Origin: Octopus vulgaris
Lineage: Eukaryota
Length of the DNA stretch: 64,000 nt
Direction of reading: 5' to 3'
Assembly (NCBI GenBank): GCA_951406725.2
Contig: OX597819.1
Span: 95,480,001-95,544,000 of the forward strand
In this document: piece after piece, positions 1 through 13,334 of the stretch
Layout of the letters: each line of letters opens with the position of its first letter
Position numbering within the stretch: position 1 is the stretch's first letter
Notes under the pieces: generated by a model
The model's input: only the letters and a program-made list of their open reading frames with translations
Told to the model about the DNA's origin: nothing
Database searches by the model: none
Translations under genes and position numbers: made by a program

Positions 1-366
1 TGGGTGTGGAATTTTTTTTTACCTTACTATAACACAAAGCAGAGTAAATTTATCTTTACATTAACCATGTCATATGTAACAACTTTCCACTGAAACTGGA
101 GAATTTAAATGTGTAACACACACAATTTGCATGTAATGTGACCTTGTATCTCCCCTACCACAGGACACCTATTCCTCAAGCCTTTCCTAATCTGGCATCA
201 AGCTGCCTTTCCTCTACCACAGTCCCATTCAGTTGAAAGGCTTTTTCGTCTTGTGAGTTGCATGCCAACTTCACTAGTGTCAAACCATTCTACCCATGCT
301 AGCATGGGGGACAGTTGTCAGATGATGACTTGAAATTAGTAGCAATGCTATATATATATATATATA

Positions 367-1152
367 CTAGCAGTATTGCCCGGCGTTGCTCAGGTTTGTA
401 AGGGAAATAACTATAAAGCATTTTTAGAGAGTTATAGCCAAAAAAATGGAAAAAAATTATGGTAAATTTTTTTTGAGAGTGAAAAAAGGTGGAGTTGCGT
501 CCCCTAGACAGTTTGCGGTTTGTGTTTCTGATTCTCGACCCCATGTCGAATTTATCGATTTTTTTCAGAACTGGGGGAACTTTTCAAAATTTTCGCTACT
601 CTTTACTCTTTACTCTTTTACTTGTTTCAGTCATTTGACTGCGGCCATGCTGGAGCACCGCCTTTTAGTCGAGCAAATCGACCCCGGGACTTATTCTTTG
701 TAAGACCAGTACTTATTCTATCGGTCTCTTTTACCGAACCGCTAAGTGACGGGGACGTAAACACCCTAGCATCGGTTGTCAAGCAATGCTAGGGGGACAA
801 ACACAGACACACAAACACATACACACATATATATATATACATATATACGACAGGCTTCTTTCAGTTTCCGTCTACCAAATTCACTCACAAGGCATTGGTC
901 GGCCCGGGGCTATAGCAGAAGACACTTGCCCAAGATGCCACGCAGTGGGACTGAACCCGGAACCATGTGGTTGGTTAGCAAGCTACTTACCACACAGCCA
1001 CTCCTGCGCCTATTAGTTAGTTTTGCTACGTTAGTTTTGAATTATGACATTGGGCTATGTGTGTGTCAAGTTTCATTAGAATCGGTTGAAAGCCGTGGTC
1101 AGGGTGAGGGTACTAGCAAACAGACACACAGAAACACGCACAGACAAACTGT
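367..1152 (-). mobile_element. Non-autonomous Helitron, interrupted by a SINE; 5' end obscured by an RTE-type tail
   Basis: Minus strand ends ...gagcaacgccgggcaatactgCTAG|T (GC-rich hairpin then CTAG) within a TA tract. Confidence 0.6.
598..1011 (-). mobile_element. tRNA-derived SINE, family A (full length)
   Basis: Head ggcgcaggagtggctgtgtggtaag...ggttcagtccc (A/B boxes), internal TA/CA tract, (agagtaa)n tail. Homologs at 16553, 35880, 39222, 47095 and 62570. Confidence 0.85.
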
Positions 1153-2777
1153 GCATGGAAAACGGACGTTAAACGATGATGATGATGATGATGATGATAT
1201 ATATATATTCATAACTATTGATTCACTTCTTGAACATTCAATACACACTAATGATGATGAATTTGTTGACTTTTTTTTAGATTTTTTTTTATTTTATTAA
1301 TTTTTAACAAAGCTTCATCACTGAATTTATTCAGTCATAATGAAAGTATCCAAGTATTACTTAGAAACTTGTAGTCTTAACCTAATCCTCAGACAGAATC
1401 AGTACAACAAATAAAACTGGGCTCTTGGATTAAATGTAGGGTCCTTATGAAAATTTGAACTCAATTACACTGATGGGACTTGATTTTCCTTGTGACTATG
1501 GTAGAAGTTAGTTTCTCAAGGTGTACCACACAGTGGGATTGACCCTGGAACATTGTTATTGCAAGTAAAATCAACACCCCCACAGCCATGTATTCACATT
1601 TTTTCTCTATTGATTCAAAGCTGCTAATGAAGATTTTTTTTCTTGTGTTGATTTAAAACATGAATTTTGTCAAAACCGAATTTCTAGTTAAAAGTTTGAA
1701 TTTTTGCATGTGTTAATTTCTAAAAAAAATAGCTTAGTTATCTACATGATTGTTGCTTTCATAGTGTACATTACTCAAACCCACCTACTCACGCTTTTAT
1801 TCTAAAATTCCCAAATTCCCTCTGCTTCAGTTTTTTTCTTTTCACTCATTTTCAATGAGGAAATTAATTTGTCATTATTGACCAAACGTTTAAGTACAAG
1901 AGTAGCAACAAAAGAGTATAATTTACTTAAGATAATTCTTTGTATCTTAGAGAAATACATTAACTAGCAAAGAGCCTAAACTTTATTCACATATATGCCC
2001 AACCATTTTTCACCTATATCTTGAACTCTGGCAAACTTAATCATCTCTCCCTCTTCTCTCTTATATACTATTCCAGTACCTTGAGGATAAGACCCTGACA
2101 TCTTGTAACCTCAATCTTTATCTCTTTCCAGCTTCTAATGTGGGGTAACCATGTATCTCTTCTACAAGATACCTCCTGCCTTTGTCATATTTTAGCCTCT
2201 CGACGCCTGACATAAAGCCATTTCCCTCTCAACTACATTCCCACTTAGTAGATATTTTTTGTTAGTTTTTTGAGTTGCTTGGTGAACTCACCAATGCTAC
2301 AAAAAAGGACCCAGTACACTCTGTAAAGCAGTTGGTGTTGGGAGGTGCACCCAGCCATAAAAGGGATGCATACATGTAAAATGGCTGTTTGATGATTTAC
2401 ATCAAATATAGTTACTATGGTTCTGTTGGTTAGCTATTTTAAATTGTTGATTGTAAGTCAATGTATAGTACTATTTGGGTATCTTTTTGGTATCCCAATT
2501 TCAAATCTTGCTGAAGTCAATTTATTTGATTAAATACATCCTTGTCCACCATATTTGTAGACTTGTCTTTGCTAGGCTATGCTATTTAACAACACAAGTG
2601 ACATAACTCCTTGATAACTGACTAAAAAGGCAAGCTTGTTCATCTTTTGCTTCTATTGTTCCTCACTTCTCTATTCCTCCCCCTTATTCCTTTTCATTGT
2701 CCTTACATGCCTCTCTTCACATGTACATGCTCATTCTCATTTGCCCCACTTAACCTAATTTTCTTTTTGCATTTCAG

Positions 2778-2919
2778 AACCTGCTCCAAAGAAAGCTTGG
2801 TGTGCACCAAGATGCACCATTGCCAAGTCTCCTCAGTTGAGCTGCAAAGATAGGTTACGACCTGTACGTGTTCTCAGCAAGAAGGAGTTGGAAGAGAAAG
2901 AACTGGAAGAGATAAAGAT
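2778..2919 (+). CDS. TPX2: TPX2 internal coding exon (PAPKKAWCAPRCTIAKSPQL...KELEEIK)
   Basis: tttcag acceptor, gtaag donor at 2920. The split codon AT|G joins the next exon in frame. Confidence 0.85.
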
Positions 2920-3645
2920 GTAAGCTATTACTTTCATTTCTCTCTTACTGTGTGGTTCTTGTGTTGTGTAGTTTGTTGTTTAGCTTAGGTCAGCCCTAAT
3001 CAAGCAAGCCTGTAATCAGATATTCTAGTCATGACCATCCTTTTTCTATATCTAAATCTATACTGTTTAATGTCTTTCCTCTAATAATGCATAATTTCTT
3101 GCAGTTCCCTCTTTAGTTCACATTGTATCTCTGTAGTTATGAGTTCTCAGTGTGTGGATTTAGCTTTGTGTATTGTGGAGCTTTGGTTGGTGTAATAAGG
3201 TTAACCCTATAATTAGTTGGGAATTTTTGAAAATACATAGGAAAAGGTCCCAGACACTATTCCACTAAATTTCAAACTGATGCCTCTGTTTCTTATATCT
3301 TGCGACCAAATCTTTTAATGGTGGTTTATGAGCATAAAATAACTACATGTTATGTATTAATGTTGAGTTAAATCAATTGTATTTTTTTTTGTACAAAACT
3401 TACCGTCTGCAGAAGTGCTAGAATATCTAATTACCTTTCTACATTGCATTATTCAATTATTCCTGTTTATGTTGAGTTCAAATCTCATTAGTATACTTTG
3501 ACTTCCATTCATCTGAGGTTAATGAAAGAAATAGCTGTGACTTTCTGGGGCTGGTTAAATCACCTTAACCATCCCACTCTAGAATTCATGGCCTTGAACC
3601 AATGTTGGAAGTCATTATTTTATTTGAAATTATCTTTTTGTATAG

Positions 3646-3856
3646 GAATCAATTCAAGGCAAAGGATGTAAATAGGAAGATCCTTGAGGCACCTGTTGGT
3701 GTGAAAGAAGTACCAAAGAAAGAGCCAACTGTTGTGAAACCATTTGATTTGCCTGGCAGCAAGATTCCTTCAACAAAGAGGGCTTGTACTGATGATGAAA
3801 TTGATTACCGATTCCGTGCTCAGCCTGTTCCTACTGAAATACTTCGAGGAGTTGTG
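3646..3856 (+). CDS. TPX2: TPX2 coding exon (NQFKAKDVNRKILE...FRAQPVPTEILRGVV)
   Basis: tatag acceptor, gtac donor; FKA and FRAQP TPX2 repeat motifs; inside ORF 3602..3886. Confidence 0.9.
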
Positions 3857-4172
3857 GTACTTAATAATTTTACTTTTTCTTTGTAATATTTGTTCTAACC
3901 TGAAACACTTTTGTGAAGTGGACTGCTTAAAAGATTTTGTTTAGTCTCAGGTCAATCCTAATTAATCAGGCCTGTAGTCAGTCTTTCTTACCATGACCAT
4001 CTTGCTTTATTTTTGGATGGTGTGGTTTGGAGGAAATTTAGGTATAGATGATTGACCATACTAGCTTCCTATGTGTTGGTGTTGTGTAGCTTGTGGTGCA
4101 TGGTGTGGTGTCTTTTGAGTTGATAAAGAAAGAATAGCCGGTTACTGTCATTGTTGATTTCTTTTATTTCAG

Positions 4173-4274
4173 GGTGTGAAAGAAGCTGAATCTCTTCCAG
4201 TGACTATTCCAGCCTCTCCTGCTTTTGCATTGAAACAACGTATCCATCGACCTCATATAGAAGAACCTAAACAG
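4173..4274 (+). CDS. TPX2: TPX2 coding exon (GVKEAESLPVTIPASPAFALKQRIHRPHIEEPKQ)
   Basis: tttcag/gtatg, 102 nt; matches TPX2 LPITVPKSPAFALKNRI. Confidence 0.92.
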
Positions 4275-6136
4275 GTATGTCATTCTATATCATTGCAATC
4301 ACTGCCACCACCGTTACCATGATTATCATCATTATATCACCACTATTTTGTCTACAGAGACAGTTGGGCAAGTCAGCAATACTTGAACATTTTCTACATC
4401 CTGACCTTCCTCAATATTCTCACATCAAACACTATATTCATGTATTGGTACATGCACATCTCCCTAGTGTTTCAGGTCATTGTTCTGGTATTATGTAACT
4501 GAAATTCAATCTCAATGTTGATCTGGTAAAAATAGACACTTCTAATATACACAAGATTCTTATATCAAGTATTGTTCACCACTGTATTTTGTATTATTGT
4601 ATTGACATTTTATCCAATTCATGAATTATACTTATGAGTGGTGCATTAGTAGTGATGAGTACCTTGTGTCTGGTTACATCCCTCAGCAACATGCTGAGAT
4701 TGACAAAATAAGTACCAGACAAATACAGGATCAAAATTTCCCCTCATTCCTATGTTGAAAAAAACCATCCTGCTTGTAAAGGAAAGTGGCTGGCACTGTA
4801 GAGTGTGAATGCTTTATTGTATATTGTAATGTTTTGCATCTTGCTGATCTCTGAGTTCAAATCACACTTGCATAGCAATTTTGCATTCATCCCTCTAGAT
4901 TTCATGTATCAGTGATGTAAGGAAGGGTTGACTCCATTTAGTATCTCTCCTTTACAGAGATTATGTGTTGAGACCGAGTCAAAACAAATCAAGTGTTGCA
5001 CAAAATCAGAACCAAAGTTTCTGCATTACTCTAATTTGATCAACCTATCCATTGATCCTGCACCTTCTTTTCACTGGTTCCACTCCTCACTTTCCTTGTG
5101 ACATAACACAAACAGTTGATCATGTTGCACTTTAGTAAACAGCATTGAGTATTTCAGAATTGTTTAAATCCAGGTTAGCTTTGATCAAGCAGATCTATTT
5201 AAAAGCATTCATGCTGCATCCTTCCTTTTTCATACATGACTAAGATTACACTATGCATTGTCCGTTTTTCTTTTTTAAACGGAGAGCATGATTTCAGTGA
5301 AATTTGGTTACTAATTCTGTCAAATTGTATGACTTAGTGGCTTGATTTCAAACTAAAGTACTCAGTGACCTCTTAGTGAATAATTTCACTTGGGCATACC
5401 CCTTCATTAATCTTGGAGATAACAGGATGACAACTAGCATTCATATGAGCAATTTCATGACTTAGCATCCTGATTGCTAATCTAGTTTCAATTTTGGACT
5501 TCATTTTCCATCTTTCATTCTTCAAATTTAATGTTGGATTTGGGACTAAACTGTTGATTAGCTGAAAGGTGAATTTAAGGACCGGAGGAAAGCATTAGTA
5601 ACAAGTGCTATTTAGCTCACATGCATTTCTCATGAAAATCAACTCTGCCTACTCTCTCCCTACAAGCCTGATCTTATATACTTAAAACAAATAAGCTCTC
5701 TTTGAAACGGGTTATATTGACACAACACAAACAAGCTAACATACATATGCTAATGCTTTCTTCTATGTAAAAGATACACTTACATAACAATAACAATACT
5801 CTCATGCACATACGTTCATATGCACACTGAAATTGCTCTTTTATTTTTATAGCCTTCCATATGTGAGGAGCTTGCTTTCAAAACCAGTGTTAGTGCATAT
5901 TTGGTCAATTTCATGATAACCATTAAAACACAATCTGCAAGCTGCTGGTTTCATGCATGTGAAATTTTTGTCAGTCAAACAGGGATTGATGCCATATAGA
6001 CAGTTGCTGAATCTTAGTCTTCCAATCAAAATCAGATATATTCAATTTTGTTTTAAACAATTGCTCAAAAGTCATTCCGATGCATATATCTGGTTTTGAA
6101 AGTAAGCACGAGATATATATGTGTGTATGTATGTAT

Positions 6137-6626
6137 CATCATCATGATCATCATCTTCATTTAACGTCCGCTTTCCATGCTAGCATGGGTTGGACGGTTC
6201 AACTGGGGTCTGGGAGCCCGAAAGCTGCACCAGTCCAGTCAGATCTGGCAGTGTTTCTACAGCTGGATGCCCTTCCTAACGCCAACCACTCCGAGAGTGT
6301 AGTGGGTGATTTTATGTGCCACCGACACAGGTGCCAGACGAGGCTGGCAAACGGCCACGCTCGGATGGTGTTTTTTATGTGCCACCGACACAGGTGGCAG
6401 ACGGCCACGCTCGGATGGTGTTTTTATGTGCCACCGACACAGGTGCCAGATGAGGCTGGCAAACGGCCACGATCGGATGGTGTTTGTTACGTGCCCACAG
6501 CACGGTCGATGCGGTACTGGCTACGGCCACGTTCGGATGGTTTTCTTGTGTGCCACGTGCCACCGGCACTGGTACCACAAAGATACAAATTCCATTGATG
6601 TTCATCTATTTTGATTTGTTTTGATT
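6137..6626 (-). mobile_element. RTE LINE 3' UTR fragment (5'-truncated) in a TPX2 intron
   Basis: Near-identical reverse complement of 23300-23807; (GAT)n tail; internal ~62-bp repeats. Confidence 0.85.
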
Positions 6627-6689
6627 CAGTATGTGACCTCGTGAGTACCACTGGGGATTTTTTTTTTTTTTTTTTTTTTTTACTTTCTT

Positions 6690-6850
6690 CTGTCTTCCCT
6701 TCTTGGGATCTTTCCTTCTCCTATGTTTCCGACGAAGAGCTCCGCTCGAAACGTTAAACCCTCCTTCTTTCCTGGGCGTCCAATAATACTTTATTTGTTC
6801 CATGTCCTTGTGTTTTTTTGTTTTCTTGTTTGGATTAACTTTATATATAT
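6690..6850 (+). mobile_element. Penelope-like terminal repeat fragment with a degenerate minimal hammerhead motif
   Basis: gttt-CCGACGA-A-gagc(tcc)gctc-GAAA-cgtt-aaac at 6725-6759; layout resembles 63540-63705. Confidence 0.5.
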
Positions 6851-6874
6851 ATTTATTCATTTATTTATTTACAG

Positions 6875-7051
6875 GAGAATTTGATAAAGAAGCCAAAGTT
6901 CAGACCTTACATCCACAGTGGCATAAGGTTTGAACCAAAATTAGACCATCGGTGTACAGTGATAGAACCTTTCACTTTTGATGATCGGATGAGGGAGTAT
7001 TTGATGAAAAAAGAAGAGCATATTAAGAAAATAAAAGAGGAGAGTGAAAAG
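6875..7051 (+). CDS. TPX2: TPX2 coding exon (ENLIKKPKFRPYIHSGIRFEPK...EPFTFDDR...EESEK)
   Basis: tttacag/gtttg, 177 nt in frame; matches the TPX2 PFSFDSRD region. Confidence 0.88.
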
Positions 7052-7906
7052 GTTTGCATTGGTTTTATTTGGAGAGAAGTTACTATTAGTAAGACAGTCA
7101 TATATTTATGTATGCATGTATTTATTATTTAGTGATTTTTCAAGCTAGTATCCTGGAATAATTTTCAGCAGATTTTGTTGTTGAAGTTAGATTAGTGGTG
7201 ACATGTCATTGTTGTCCCAAAATAAGTTAACAAAAATTTCATTTTGTAAATGCAAGTTGAGACTAGCTCTTTAAACATTATTGCTGCCAAGTGATGTGTA
7301 CATTATTTCTCTGTTAAATGTAAACTAATTGTAAAGTCTTTCTTTTGCCAAATGTAATTACATATGTATTAGGCCTTTAAAACCAGTATTGACAACACCC
7401 ATTATGAATTCTTCCAAGCACAGCCACAAAATAATGCATCATTCTAGAAGCTTATTAGTTGATGAGCTATTTATTGAAAAGCACACATTAGCTAGCAGGC
7501 TAAATTGCCAAATTGCCTAAATTTGAATTGATAATTTCAAAGTAAAATTTAATCTGCGTGTCCCATGATCCGAATGAACAGAGTAACAGCTCCTCTACCA
7601 TGACCATACTATAAAACATAATTAATAAGATAATATTGCAGAAATGATAGATTGCACTGTTACTTTTTACATGGCTCCCACAAACTATTCATTCACATCT
7701 GCTTTTTAGATATACTAAAATTTACTCTATTAAAGATCTTCTCCAAGTCAAGGAATACTTGGTATAGCTAAAAACTTCTATAGTTACTTGAATAAGAAGA
7801 GAGCATCAGAGTTACTCTGTTTTACTGCATCTCATGTAATTCTTTTGCTAATCAGTTATACTACAACTTTGATTTTATAATCTGGTGCATCAATTTGGTG
7901 TCTCTG

Positions 7907-8262
7907 TAGGCACCAGTGTGGTTGAGAAGTTTGCTTCCTACCCACATAGTTTCAAGTTCAGCCCTGCTGTGTGGCACCTTGGGCAAGTGTGTTCATCTAT
8001 AGTCTGGGCCAACCAAAGCCTTGCAAATGGATTTGGTAAATGGAAATTGAAAAAGGCTCATTGTGTGTGTGATAAATACACACATGTGTTTGAGTGTATC
8101 TTTATGTCGCTTTGTCTTAATATATGATACAATCAATGTCCTTCATTTCTAATTCTGCAGAAAATATGTCTGTCTGGGGACATGTTACCTTGAAATTTGC
8201 CGCAGTTAATTCCCTCCAACCTGTGCAAGCATTGAAAAGTGGACTTCAAAACAATGATGTAG
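7907..8262 (+). mobile_element. Old tRNA-derived SINE with an RTE-type 3' tail
   Basis: Family A-like head; ends gcaagcattgaaaagtggacttcaaaacaatgatg, a decayed RTE tail. Confidence 0.6.
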
Positions 8263-8557
8263 TCATTTATTTCTGGAGCATCTTGTTTTTATTTGTATCA
8301 TTTTCTAACACTATTACACCACTCATTTGGTGTGACACTTCTGTGTCACACTTCAGTTATGAAGTATAAAGCTAGGCATTGCATATTTGGGACCACAGTA
8401 TATGTGACTGTATTGGGGACTCTCTTATTTTCAAGATCACGAGGTGTAATTTGAAGGAGATTTGGTTGTATTTTCTATATCTGCATGTATGCTAAACTTC
8501 GCCAGCATAGAAAAACGTAGCTATATTATAACATACTTATTTGCTTTTCTTTTTTAG

Positions 8558-8701
8558 GTATCTGAATTTTATGCCAATCCAATCCCTAATTATAAGCCTG
8601 GTCTCCCTGCCAAAAAGCCTTTGGTTTTGACAAAACAAGAGCCATTCAAATTGTTAATTGAAGAACGTGTTGAAAAGAGGATTGAAGAGAAACAGCGTCA
8701 G
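8558..8701 (+). CDS. TPX2: TPX2 coding exon (VSEFYANPIPNYKPGLPAKKPLVLTKQEPFKLLIEER...KQRQ)
   Basis: ttttag/gtgag, 144 nt; matches TPX2 FKALPLP...TQIEPFCL. Confidence 0.9.
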
Positions 8702-10941
8702 GTGAGTTATTTTGTGGCTAGTATTTTCTTGTTCACCATATAAATGCAGAGACACCCTCTAGTAGCACCATGGTACCTTCTGCCATGTTAGTTAAAGGAT
8801 AGTCAACTGGGGTTTCAGGTTGAGTGTGTTTTGTACTTGTGCTGCATAAAAGATTTTGTGGAAACCAAGCAGAGCAAAATGAACTTTCCTATCTCATTTA
8901 AGAAAGCCTCCATGCTTCAAATGTGATGTCTTTGGGTTTTCCCTTTTTTTTTTTTTTTTTTTTTGAAAAGTTAACCATCTAAAGTGCATTTTGGCCTTAA
9001 AAATCTCCAATTCAGGAATCTAGAATATACAAACTGTGCCAGGCTAGAAGGAGGGTCTAGTAACAGCTGAGTGCAGCAAATATATATATGGGTACCATCA
9101 AGAATAGGGAGAAATGAGAACTGGAAGCAGAAATGAAGGGTATAAAGAATTTGAAGCTGTATGAAAGGCTTATACAAGACTGCTCAAACTTGATTGAGCA
9201 AACCTATGATCAGATAACCATCTTCCTCCTCTGTGTAGAGAATTTGGGATCACATTGTTAATGCATCTATTTTTAAGACACTAGGATGTTATTTGAGAGA
9301 GAGCTGGCTGTTATTTCTGGTTGAGTAATACATAGAGGATTCGTTGTTGGCTTAGTACAGAAGATGTAGAATTAGGAATATGTTGATGGTTTATTCTCTG
9401 TAGGAAACTGAAATGCAAACAACCCCCCCCCCCATCTTTTTTACCTGAAGATTGAGGTAGCTAATGCTATAAAAGTGCAATACAAATACACTGTTTGTCT
9501 TCTGTACCATTTGCGAACATTTTAGCTTCATGGCTTTCCATAATTTTAATGTTAACTCTATGCAGATTGTATTTACTTGTTTTTGTTTTATTTAGTCAAA
9601 TGTATGTTAATCTTGTAGATTAATATACAGTTGACTAAAGAAAAAAAAAAAGTATGGGTAGATGCTGTCACTTGTCAAATATTGTCTTCATCTGAGGACA
9701 ATCACTAAGTTGCAACTTCACAAACTTCATTGTTCTTAGTATCTAGATGTTTTAACCTCATATTTGAATGCAATCTTCCTTCCGTTTCTTGTTGCCTTTA
9801 CCACAGCTTTACCATGAAATAACTGCTAATTTGTGATTTTCTTCGTTTGTTAGAGCAATAAATTAAGAAGAATCTCTAATGTGGGCTGATTCAAATGTCT
9901 CCATCCACAATTTACATTACTTAATGTTCACTTTAGCTTTTTACTTATAGTTCTCCCATCACCTTTAAAATTATCATACATGCAAATGACTAATTGTCAA
10001 CATGGCAAAGACCAAAATGCTAGTTTTTAACAGCTCAAAGTCTTGGTACTGTCTGAAAAATTGCTCTGTGTTTAAAGCTAGCAGGAAATCAAAATTGTGG
10101 TCTCAGTGCAAATATACATGGGAATTTGACATACTGGCAGAACCAGATGTGCACTGGAGTAGTTAAGTAATGATGAATGAAGTCCTTGAATTATGCAGAT
10201 GGTTAATCTGTTGCTTCTATTACCTGGGTATGTAATGTATGTATGAAGACAGGCTCCTGCAGAAAACAGTGAAGATGAGATTTGTGAGAATAAGTTAAGA
10301 GCTGTTCCCTCTGTTGGTAACAAAAGGGTTTCTTATTGTGGTAATATGAAACATTTACAACCTAATGTTGTACTATACTGGAAAATGATGTGCACATGCA
10401 TGACACTGTGCTAAAGTGGATTGTGTTCTGTTGTGCATTGGCTGAACATGTTAATGTGCTGCTGGAGGAAGAAAACCTGGAAGGAAGTATTGCGGTTAGG
10501 TCTCAGGAAATTGGTGTTTGCAGAAGACAGTGATTGTTCATATACTATATGTCATGCTCATGGAGTCTGCACCAGTATAGTGATTTAGTTAAAGTAATCT
10601 GTAGCAGAGGCCTGCTATAAGGTTAGTAATCTACCACTTTAATTTTTTTTTCTTCATTTTAGTGCCATAAAATTTGAGCTATACACCACCCCATCAAAAT
10701 CTTGTAGAAACTGAGGAAATATTTTCAGTTTGACATTTCTAGCCTTGATTAAGATATAACTGGCTGAAAAGATAGATATGTGTGTGGTAATGGTGGGGAA
10801 GGAAGGCTTACATGGATTTGTTACACCATCAGTACATTTAATAGATTGTCTTCTGTTTCACTGAAGTTTCCATTTTAAAAAAAAATTTTTAATGCTATTA
10901 CTTCTATAAATTGATATATAATTGAATGTAATTGATTACAG

Positions 10942-11053
10942 CTTGAAGAGGAAGCCAGATTATTTGAAGAAAATATGAAGTTTAAAGCACAACCTTGTGA
11001 TATCATCAATAAAACCCCATTTGTACCACAACTGGATCATAAATGCACAGTTG
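10942..11053 (+). CDS. TPX2: TPX2 coding exon (LEEEARLFEENMKFKAQPCDIINKTPFVPQLDHKCTV)
   Basis: ttacag/gtaag; matches TPX2 LEEE...FKARP...PFVP. Confidence 0.9.
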
Positions 11054-13334
11054 GTAAGTATTGACTACATCCTGTTGAACGTCTGGTTTTGTATTGGATT
11101 TCAGAAATAAGGAATGGGGGAGGGGTAGAAATGGCATGGTTAGACTAAAATACCATAGAATGTATTACTTTTTGTATTCAGTATTTAAATACAACTGAGG
11201 TTCTTCAATATTCATTCTTCTTGAGTCAGAATGTACGTTAGTAATATATTGGGGCCACTTCTGTCAACCATATTTATTGTAGCTTCCTGTTTTGAAGTAA
11301 TTAGTCTTATATTGTCAGTTGAAAGTGATGGAGAAGGTCATTATAGAACATTTGGGACATGATTTTGCCATTCTATTTGATCTGAAGATTGATGTTATCT
11401 TGCTGATGTTCCCTATAATGTCGTTTTACATTCCTTTATTAATAACACCCTCTAGTCCTCAAGTGTATTTAGAAAAGTTAAGATTGTTTCTTAGCATCAT
11501 GTCAGCTTTGACAAAGCAAATTTTAATTAAAGCAATTCCATCCATATTTATCCCAGTTTTTCTTAATGCACTCAAGGCTGTTAAATTGTGATTTGATAAA
11601 GATTTGGTTCTTTCAACTGCTCAAGTGACTGAATTGAAGTTCCTTCATCACTCTATTGCAAGCATTTGAAGTAGACACGTTGTTTCCTACTGCACCCACA
11701 TTTTACTTGTATGTCTTCAGACAGGCTTTGACTGCCTCAATTTTTGTGTGTTGGCCTCAAAATTCATGGTCACTTACCACTTGTGTATGATTCATCATTG
11801 ACTTATATTGTTGATTCTTTTGAAAAAGGGATAAACCTCACATTAATTTTGTCTGTGAATAAAGCATTATCATATAAGGGCAGTAGAGTGGCAACTTGTC
11901 TGTTCTGAGTTCAGATCCTGTCAGTACCAATTGTTTTTATCAGGTTGATACACTGTCATTCAGTAGGGTTCATGAAATTAAGCCCACCTCAACCTTGAAA
12001 TTATTTAGCTATGTAGCCAATGTCTTTCTGTGCTCAAAGTCCACTGGAGTTGACTTTTCCTTTTCTTTTGGGTTATATTATACACTAGCTTAAAAGCCAC
12101 ACTCTGTGCAGACTTTCCAGTTAGCTCCTGCAGAGGGCTAATTGGGACTTCAACCCAAAACTTAAGAGAGCAATAATAAAATATTTATTGGTATCCTACC
12201 ATCTCAGGTTTATATCACAGAATATCACATTTGGAAAATTTTGTATCTCTGTAGAGCAACAGGATGAACAACATTCTTGGTTGACAGACAGAATATTGCA
12301 TTTATTATTGTAGGTAGCATAAGTAATTGTCACAAAGTATTGATATTAAAGGAGAGTGGTGTAGTTCGCTTGAAGCATTGTGTATTGTTTGTAAAGAATA
12401 AAGTTTTGAGTGGTACAACAATGCATATAATACAGACAACGGGCTATATACCTGTTGTAATTTAGTAATCCATTGTCTGATACGATATTTCAGAATAATA
12501 TTCCTTCAGATATTCTTATATGGAGTCACTGCTATAATCGGTTTTCCAACGCCCCCCCCCTTTTTTTAAAGTGGCGTCAAAAAGCTTTTGGATAGTTTTG
12601 TGGTGCAGAACATTGCGTTTATTATTATTACATTATAGCTAAGTAAACTGTTTGGAAAACGCTTTACGTGCTAGAAATAGCAGTTCAAATACTCTTACAT
12701 CAGATCCCAATACTGGATGTTCAAGAACCAAATGGTTAGATTCTCAATCTCGTAATCAACCTGATTCCAAAAAGGTGTATGTCTATGTAGGCTGAGATGC
12801 AGGAGTCTCGGACAGACAATTTCACTTCTATTCATACAAATGTCCTTCAAAATTTGTGGCTGTATGCCATTGTTAACTTGTTATAGGGATTTTTATCATT
12901 GCACTCTTGATATAGTGAGGTGGTTTGGGTTGAAGTAATACAATAAGTATTGTTTAATGGATCAGACCAGGAATACATATACTACATGGAAAATATTCTA
13001 AAACCAGTATAAATGAAATCGGATTTAATTTAGAAAGGACACTATACATTCATGAAGTGATGGCTATAGTTCCTCTTAAAACTATTGAATGTGAAACTAA
13101 AGACGTTAACTCTGTAATTTATGACAATCAAAAGTGTTAATATTGAACCGTTTCTATAGTTTTATGTGAAATCCTTGATAACTAATATAAAATATTAGTT
13201 TTAGCAACAGCCATGACATTCACAACCTCAAACAATAGGTCCCAAGTTATACCTCTCTCCCACAATTTCAGTAAATATTTTCTTCTACAAACATTTGCCA
13301 ATGACCCTACTCAAAAATATCTTCCCATTTACAG

